NCBI GenBank assembly: GCA_023384135.1
Contig: JAHDXS010000001.1
Span: 965,878-1,029,877, forward strand
Reading direction: 5' to 3'
DNA length: 64,000 bases
Origin: Alphaproteobacteria bacterium
Lineage (GTDB): Bacteria; Pseudomonadota; Alphaproteobacteria; Micavibrionales; Micavibrionaceae
The position numbers and the translations under genes are program-made. Below are positions 58,604 to 64,000 of the stretch, one piece after another. The notes beneath the pieces were generated by a model. That model saw only the letters and a program-made list of their open reading frames with translations. It was not told where the DNA came from and did no database searches. Position 1 is the stretch's first letter; each line of letters opens with the position of its first letter.

Positions 58604-59860
58604 ATGAGCACATACAAGTCAGATTTTTTAAACACTTTATCCGAACGCGGCTTCATTCACCAGTGCAGTGATTTCGAAGGGCTGGACCTGAAGCTCTGCA
58701 CCGGATCGCAAACCGCCTATATCGGCTTCGACGCAACCGCGGACAGTCTGCATGCGGGCTCACTCGTCCAGATCATGATGCTCTACTGGTTCCAGAAAAC
58801 CGGTCACAAGCCCATCACCCTCATGGGCGGCGGCACCACAAAGATCGGCGACCCCTCCGGCAAGGATGAAGGCCGCAAGATGCTCAACGATCTCACGATC
58901 ACCTCGAACATCAAGGGCATTACCTGGATTCTCTCCGTCTTCCTGAAATACGGTTACGGGCGCAATGACGCCAAGCTGCTCAACAACGCCGACTGGCTGA
59001 GCAATATCAACTACATTGATTTCCTGCGCGAATATGGGCCGCATTTTACCATAAACCGGATGATGACGTTCGACTCCGTCAAAAATCGGCTTGAGCGCGA
59101 ACAACCGCTCACCTTCCTCGAATTCAACTACATGATCCTGCAGGCCTATGATTTTCTGGAACTCTACCGCCGTTACGGCGTGATCCTCCAGATGGGCGGC
59201 TCCGATCAGTGGGGCAACATCATCAACGGCGTCGAACTGGCCCGCCGCAAGGATGGCGCGCAGATTTACGGCCTCACCACACCTCTTCTGACGACCGCCT
59301 CCGGCGGCAAGATGGGCAAGACGGCCGAAGGCACGGTCTGGCTCGATGAAAACAAGCTGTCCGCCTACGACTATTACCAGTTCTGGCGCAATACCGAGGA
59401 CGCCGACGTGGGTCGCTTCCTGAAGCTCTTCACAACGCTGCCGATGGATGAAATCCGCAGGCTGGAAGCCTTGCAAGGCGCTGAGATCAACGAGGCCAAG
59501 AAAATCCTGGCCTTCGAGGTCACCCGCATGTGCCGGGGCGAGCACGCCGCCATTCAGGCGCAGACCACCGCCGTGGAAGTTTTTGAAAAAGGCTCCGTCG
59601 GCGGTGACCTGCCGACCGTTGAAATCGAGATCGACCGCCTCAAGCGCGGCGCCAATGTCGTCGATCTCCTCGTCGAAACGGGCCTCAGCGCGTCCAAGGG
59701 CGAAGCCCGCCGTCTTATTCAGGGCGGCGGCGCAAGGGTAAACGACGTGCCCGTCGGCGGCGTCGAACAGACGGTCGGAATTTCTGATCTCTCAAGGGAC
59801 GGCGCGATCAAGATTTCCTCGGGAAAAAAGCACCACGCGCTGGTCAAAATTCCGAAATAA
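58604..59860 (+). CDS. tyrS: tyrosine--tRNA ligase
   Basis: HIGH-class I ([16 protein letters not shown]), KMGKT, C-terminal S4 domain. Start at [10 protein letters not shown]. Confidence 0.92.
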   Translation: MSTYKSDFLNTLSERGFIHQCSDFEGLDLKLCTGSQTAYIGFDATADSLHAGSLVQIMMLYWFQKTGHKPITLMGGGTTKIGDPSGKDEGRKMLNDLTITSNIKGITWILSVFLKYGYGRNDAKLLNNADWLSNINYIDFLREYGPHFTINRMMTFDSVKNRLEREQPLTFLEFNYMILQAYDFLELYRRYGVILQMGGSDQWGNIINGVELARRKDGAQIYGLTTPLLTTASGGKMGKTAEGTVWLDENKLSAYDYYQFWRNTEDADVGRFLKLFTTLPMDEIRRLEALQGAEINEAKKILAFEVTRMCRGEHAAIQAQTTAVEVFEKGSVGGDLPTVEIEIDRLKRGANVVDLLVETGLSASKGEARRLIQGGGARVNDVPVGGVEQTVGISDLSRDGAIKISSGKKHHALVKIPK

Positions 59861-59925
59861 GTGCCGATAACTCCGCAGATATAAATTTGATTTGCCTCAA
59901 AGCAGGTTTTGGCGTTGTGTAGACC

Positions 59926-60927
59926 ATGTCGAACGCCCTTCTCTACACTTTGACCGTTCTGATCTGGGGATCGACATGGTTCGCCGTGTCCTTCCAGCTC
60001 GGCGTGGTTCATCAGCTTCTGTCCATCAGTTACCGCTTCGCGCTGGCGTCCCTGGCGCTCTTCGCGTTTATCGCCCTGACAGGCCGCCTGAAACAGGCCG
60101 TCTTCACAAGGCGCGAGCATGGCTGGATCGCGCTGCAGGGGCTGTTTCTATTCTGCCTGAACTATTTGCTGTTTTATTGGGGCACGGGCTTCCTCACGAC
60201 CGGACTCGTTGCGGTCGTCTTTTCCTCCATGAGTCTGCTCAACAGCTTCAATCAGGCGATCATCTTCAAAATCCCCCTAAACCCGAAAGTGCTGGCCGGG
60301 AGCTTCATCGGCCTCATCGGCATAACCCTCGTCTTCTGGCCGGAGATCGAAACCCTGAGTCTCGGCGATACAAAAGTTATGGGAATAATAATTTGCCTCG
60401 CCGCGTCTTACAGCGCTTCGCTGGGGAATATGGTCTCGCTCAGGAACACGCGCAACAACATCCCGGTGATCGAATCCAACAGCTACGGCATGGCCTATGG
60501 CGCACTTTATTCCTTCATTCTGGCGATGCTTTGCGGCGCAACGCTCGACTTTGAATTCACGGCACCCTACATCCTCTCGCTCCTGCATCTCGCTGTTCTG
60601 GGGTCGGCGCTGGCCTTCGCCTGCTTCCTGACGCTCATCCAAAGGATCGGCGCGGACAAGGCGGCCTATTCGACGATTCTGATCCCGATCGTCGCGCTAG
60701 CCATTTCCACAGTTTTCGAGAATTATGTCTGGACGCCCAGCGCATTTGCGGGAATAGCCTTGATCGTCAGCGGAAATGTGATCGCGCTGGCCAACCGCGA
60801 AAACCTGCTGCAATGGCGTCCGCGCCGTGCCGCCGCGCTTATTCGAACAAAATCCGCCGCAGAAGCCCCGGTGCCAGAACCGACAGCGGATTCGCCGAAA
60901 TCACCGGATCGGCCATCTTGCCCTTGA
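59926..60927 (+). CDS. DMT-superfamily (EamA-like) transporter
   Basis: 10 TM helices, two EamA repeats. Confidence 0.75.
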   Translation: MSNALLYTLTVLIWGSTWFAVSFQLGVVHQLLSISYRFALASLALFAFIALTGRLKQAVFTRREHGWIALQGLFLFCLNYLLFYWGTGFLTTGLVAVVFSSMSLLNSFNQAIIFKIPLNPKVLAGSFIGLIGITLVFWPEIETLSLGDTKVMGIIICLAASYSASLGNMVSLRNTRNNIPVIESNSYGMAYGALYSFILAMLCGATLDFEFTAPYILSLLHLAVLGSALAFACFLTLIQRIGADKAAYSTILIPIVALAISTVFENYVWTPSAFAGIALIVSGNVIALANRENLLQWRPRRAAALIRTKSAAEAPVPEPTADSPKSPDRPSCP

Positions 60928-63900
60928 TGCTATAGGTCGCGGCGAACAGGCTACCCGATCCGCCCGTAATGATATCGCCCACAAGCGGAATGTTACCGAT
61001 CACTTTATTGATGCCCGAGAGCGGTATAAGCGTCCCCGAAACATCCAGCGTCTGCCGGGCATTGTCGAATTCCCCATCGAATGTTAATCCCAGCGTATTA
61101 CCGGACGTGCGCCCGTCCTTAAGCACCAGCAGCGCGCCCTCCCGGCGGTAGACCCAGTTGAACTTCGCCTCCAGCCGTGTAAACGCCAACCCGTCATTCT
61201 GCAAAACCTCCATCAGCCCCGAAAGCGAGAGAATGCTGAACAGCTTGGTCAAGCTCGGCGCGTCGTCGGCCGTAAAGTCGCGGATCTCCACAGTCCCGCT
61301 GAAATTCCGATCGTAAACGCCCTTCACCGGCTCGCCTGAAACGGTCATCGTGCCGCCCTTCATGCCGTTATAGACGTTGAACGCCTTGAGCGTGGCGCCG
61401 GCATCCGTCGCCTCAAGGAAGAATTTCTTCTTCCCCTCCCTGTCAGGCTTGAAGCGCAGATAGATATCGCCCTTGCCCACCTTGGCATCCATCTCGAACT
61501 GGTTGAAACGCCCCTCCGCGTCGATATCGATATAAAGCTTGCCGTCACTTACCGTCTGCTTGTCGGACGTCCGCAGGGTCTTGGCCGTAACCGACACGAC
61601 GGAGGGCGGATCGGTATACCCCTCCGCCTTCGGCGGCTCGGCATCCATGAAGGGCCTCATATCGAGAAAGTCCCCGTCGAACAGGATTTTAACCTGCCCT
61701 TTCTCGTCCATGGTGAAATCGAGCTTGGCGTTGGTCTCATCGAGCTGGAAGCGCTTGGTCTTCCCACCGCTCAGATACGTCTCCGCCCCCTTACCCTTGA
61801 ACGTCAGCTGCGACTCCTCCAGCGTAAAACGCTCCGTCTTAGCCGTAAGCCCGGTAATCTCTGTGATCTGCTCGTCTTTGAAGTGCGCCTTGAAGCTTGC
61901 GCTGCCCTCTTCACCGACTGGCTTTTCATAGTCGAACGGATCAATAAAGAAACGCGCCCCTTTGGCATCCGCATTCACATCCGCCACCGCCTTGCCATCG
62001 CTGTGCGTGGTATAAGTGATATCCAGAGGAACCGAACCTTCCAAAAACGTATCCAGCACGATTCCCAGCTCTTGGCGCAAATTCGGATCGGCGGCGATCT
62101 TGGCCGTCACCTTGGACTTGTAAGGCCTGCCCTTGCTGACCAGAAATTCTTCCCAGTTGAGGTCTATATCCCGGCTGTGCAGTTGCCCCTTCCCCTTGAG
62201 CGCGACCTTTTTGTCTTCCAGCGTCAGCGCGAACGGCCCGCCCGAAAGATCAAGCGTCCGCAAAACATCCGGAATGACAATATCCTTAAGCGTGCCGTTG
62301 GCCCGGATATCCATCTCATCAATCAAGACCGGCTTGCTGGTGTCGAAGATCATGCGTACATCGAGATCAGCCTCACCCTTGACCTGTTTCAGGTCGATTT
62401 TCTTGTTCTTCTGAAGGTTGATCGGATCTTCAGAAAGATAGGCAAAAGCGTCGCTCAAGCCGCCCTTCAGCTTCACGGAAATATCCGCCGACCCCTTACC
62501 CTCGGCGACAACCTCGCCCAGAACGATCTCGCCGCCCAGAATATCAAGGGCGCCCAGCTTTCCGGACTCCACCTTGATGCCCAGAATATCGGTCTTCAGG
62601 TCGAACTGTCCCGTCCCCTTGGAATTGGTGACCGGAAACAGCGGCGCACGGTAATCCACGCTTAGATTTTCAAACGCATACCCGGCCTGAACGTTATCAA
62701 CATCGAAAGCCCAGCCCGGTGCTGGCTCTTCTTCGCCTTCGACAAAGCCGCTCGGCGCGGGAGTCTGCATGTTATCCTGAACCGGGAGCGCTTCAGACGG
62801 AGCCTGTCCGGGCGCTGAAGGCTGGGCAGCGTCAGACGGCGGCACAGCGCTCTGCTTGGTCGCGCGGATCTCCGCCGTCGCCCAGACATCGCGGAACGTC
62901 CCTTTGGACATGCGGTGCAAAATCCACTGCTCGCTGTTATCCCCGCGCAAAAATTCGGGCCACAGCGGATCAAGCTGGGCGTGTTCGACATGATCGACCC
63001 GGATGCTGAGCGGCCCTGTGATCGACTGGAACTGATGATTGACCAGATCGGCCTGCGCCCGGATCGTGACATCATTCAACGTGACATAAGTATCGCGCAG
63101 TTCGAACTTGCCCGTGGAGTTGACATAAACTGCCCCCAGGCTCAATCCCTTGTAGGGAAGCGGCTTGCGCGTCACCTCGGGGTGATAGAGTGTCCCAGCC
63201 TCCGAGTAAGCCTTCAGGATCACATGCTTGGGCTGGAAATCCTGGCCGAAAGACGTGTGCAAAACCGCGTTCACGACAAGATCCTGATCCCTCAGGACAT
63301 CCAGCGATGGCAACTTCCCGGCCAGAACCATAGCGTCCAGATTGAGGATATCAACCAGAACATCGAAATCCTCTTGGGCCCGGTCGTAATTAAGAAGCAT
63401 GCCAAACCTCGAAGGCTTGCCGCGCACATCGGGAAGGTCGATCGTCATATCGGCCTTCAGCCCCTCCTTGGTACGCCGCAGAGCCGCGTCGAAATCCGGC
63501 AGGAACCACGAAAGCCCGATGATATGGTCCTCGACCATCAGCCGCGCACCCTCGATCTTCAGAAGCCGCAGGCGCGAGAGCGGATGCCCCGTCCGCACAT
63601 TCTTGTCGGGCTGCGAGAGCGCTTCGAGTATCCGGGCGATTTCCTCTTTCTGCCCCGCAGGCTCAGAGCCCGCCTCCCCGCCGCCGCCGAAACCGACATC
63701 CACCTTGCCGTCCGCATGGCGGGTGATACGCAGCTGCGGCTGCCGGACGATAATCGACTTCGGCATGACCCGCCCCGCCGCGAGCCCGGTTTTAGACAGC
63801 GTCAGGGAAACTTCGTTAACAGACAAAAGCGTGGCGTTGTCCTTGTTAAGGATTTTTCCGCCCTTAAGAACCAGATGGATCGCGTCCTTGAAATCCGGCC

Positions 63901-64000
63901 AATAGAGAAACACCTGCTCCATCGTGGCGTGGTTCCCGGTATCCTGGTCGTAAAGCGTACTCTCGATATACGCCTTGGCAAACCCGATCTCCAGCGGAGC
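60839..64000 (-). CDS. AsmA-family / YhdP-like large envelope protein; 5' end beyond the window
   Basis: C-terminus ...ISANPLSVLAPGLLRRILFE matches the YhdP/AsmA2 tail. The reading frame stays open past the listed Met to position 64000. Confidence 0.75.
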   Translation of the reverse strand, partial: APLEIGFAKAYIESTLYDQDTGNHATMEQVFLYWPDFKDAIHLVLKGGKILNKDNATLLSVNEVSLTLSKTGLAAGRVMPKSIIVRQPQLRITRHADGKVDVGFGGGGEAGSEPAGQKEEIARILEALSQPDKNVRTGHPLSRLRLLKIEGARLMVEDHIIGLSWFLPDFDAALRRTKEGLKADMTIDLPDVRGKPSRFGMLLNYDRAQEDFDVLVDILNLDAMVLAGKLPSLDVLRDQDLVVNAVLHTSFGQDFQPKHVILKAYSEAGTLYHPEVTRKPLPYKGLSLGAVYVNSTGKFELRDTYVTLNDVTIRAQADLVNHQFQSITGPLSIRVDHVEHAQLDPLWPEFLRGDNSEQWILHRMSKGTFRDVWATAEIRATKQSAVPPSDAAQPSAPGQAPSEALPVQDNMQTPAPSGFVEGEEEPAPGWAFDVDNVQAGYAFENLSVDYRAPLFPVTNSKGTGQFDLKTDILGIKVESGKLGALDILGGEIVLGEVVAEGKGSADISVKLKGGLSDAFAYLSEDPINLQKNKKIDLKQVKGEADLDVRMIFDTSKPVLIDEMDIRANGTLKDIVIPDVLRTLDLSGGPFALTLEDKKVALKGKGQLHSRDIDLNWEEFLVSKGRPYKSKVTAKIAADPNLRQELGIVLDTFLEGSVPLDITYTTHSDGKAVADVNADAKGARFFIDPFDYEKPVGEEGSASFKAHFKDEQITEITGLTAKTERFTLEESQLTFKGKGAETYLSGGKTKRFQLDETNAKLDFTMDEKGQVKILFDGDFLDMRPFMDAEPPKAEGYTDPPSVVSVTAKTLRTSDKQTVSDGKLYIDIDAEGRFNQFEMDAKVGKGDIYLRFKPDREGKKKFFLEATDAGATLKAFNVYNGMKGGTMTVSGEPVKGVYDRNFSGTVEIRDFTADDAPSLTKLFSILSLSGLMEVLQNDGLAFTRLEAKFNWVYRREGALLVLKDGRTSGNTLGLTFDGEFDNARQTLDVSGTLIPLSGINKVIGNIPLVGDIITGGSGSLFAATYSIKGKMADPVISANPLSVLAPGLLRRILFE

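Overview
High-GC (~60%) alphaproteobacterial-type chromosomal segment. Taxonomic hints are CpdR, alpha-type 5-aminolevulinate synthase, a Rickettsia-type 17 kDa glycine-zipper lipoprotein, and frequent GTG/TTG starts. It is mostly housekeeping: fabI, pdxH, htpG, hemA, glpD-glpK, ppa, tyrS/anmK, rluD, rlmB, rlmJ, a gmd-fcl-manC GDP-fucose cluster, and a cspA/DEAD-box helicase cold-shock operon. Three tRNAs are present: Tyr-GTA, Asn-GTT and Val-GAC.

Several short AT-rich islets (~40-47% GC) sit in this backbone with no integrase, transposase or IS. The clearest is a 1.9 kb insertion immediately 3' of tRNA-Tyr. It encodes an ABC/AAA15-type ATPase (Walker A GANGSGKTS, Walker B/H-loop IIDEVENHLH...STHSP) whose stop overlaps the start of a ~190 aa HNH nuclease (CxxC...H...H...CxxCN). 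This is the architecture of a Septu-like (PtuA/PtuB) anti-phage module.

Other AT-rich islets are:
- a 556 aa membrane-anchored hypothetical next to tRNA-Asn;
- a 231 aa singleton with a weak HhH-like motif;
- a small ORF next to rlmJ;
- part of a four-gene sterol-desaturase operon containing two tandem paralogous membrane proteins of sharply different GC.

Other notable content:
- a DUF2330 secreted protein overlapping an RnfD/NqrB-like membrane protein;
- an RTX-like ~820 aa surface protein preceded by a 13-codon ORF with a perfect Shine-Dalgarno, then a flotillin/YqiK-like SPFH protein;
- a YjbH-family outer-membrane exopolysaccharide protein;
- a Zincin_1-like small protein with HExxH replaced by EEIGRQ.

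No CRISPR array, rRNA or recognisable mobile-element gene was seen. Many long antisense ORFs in the six-frame track are high-GC artefacts.
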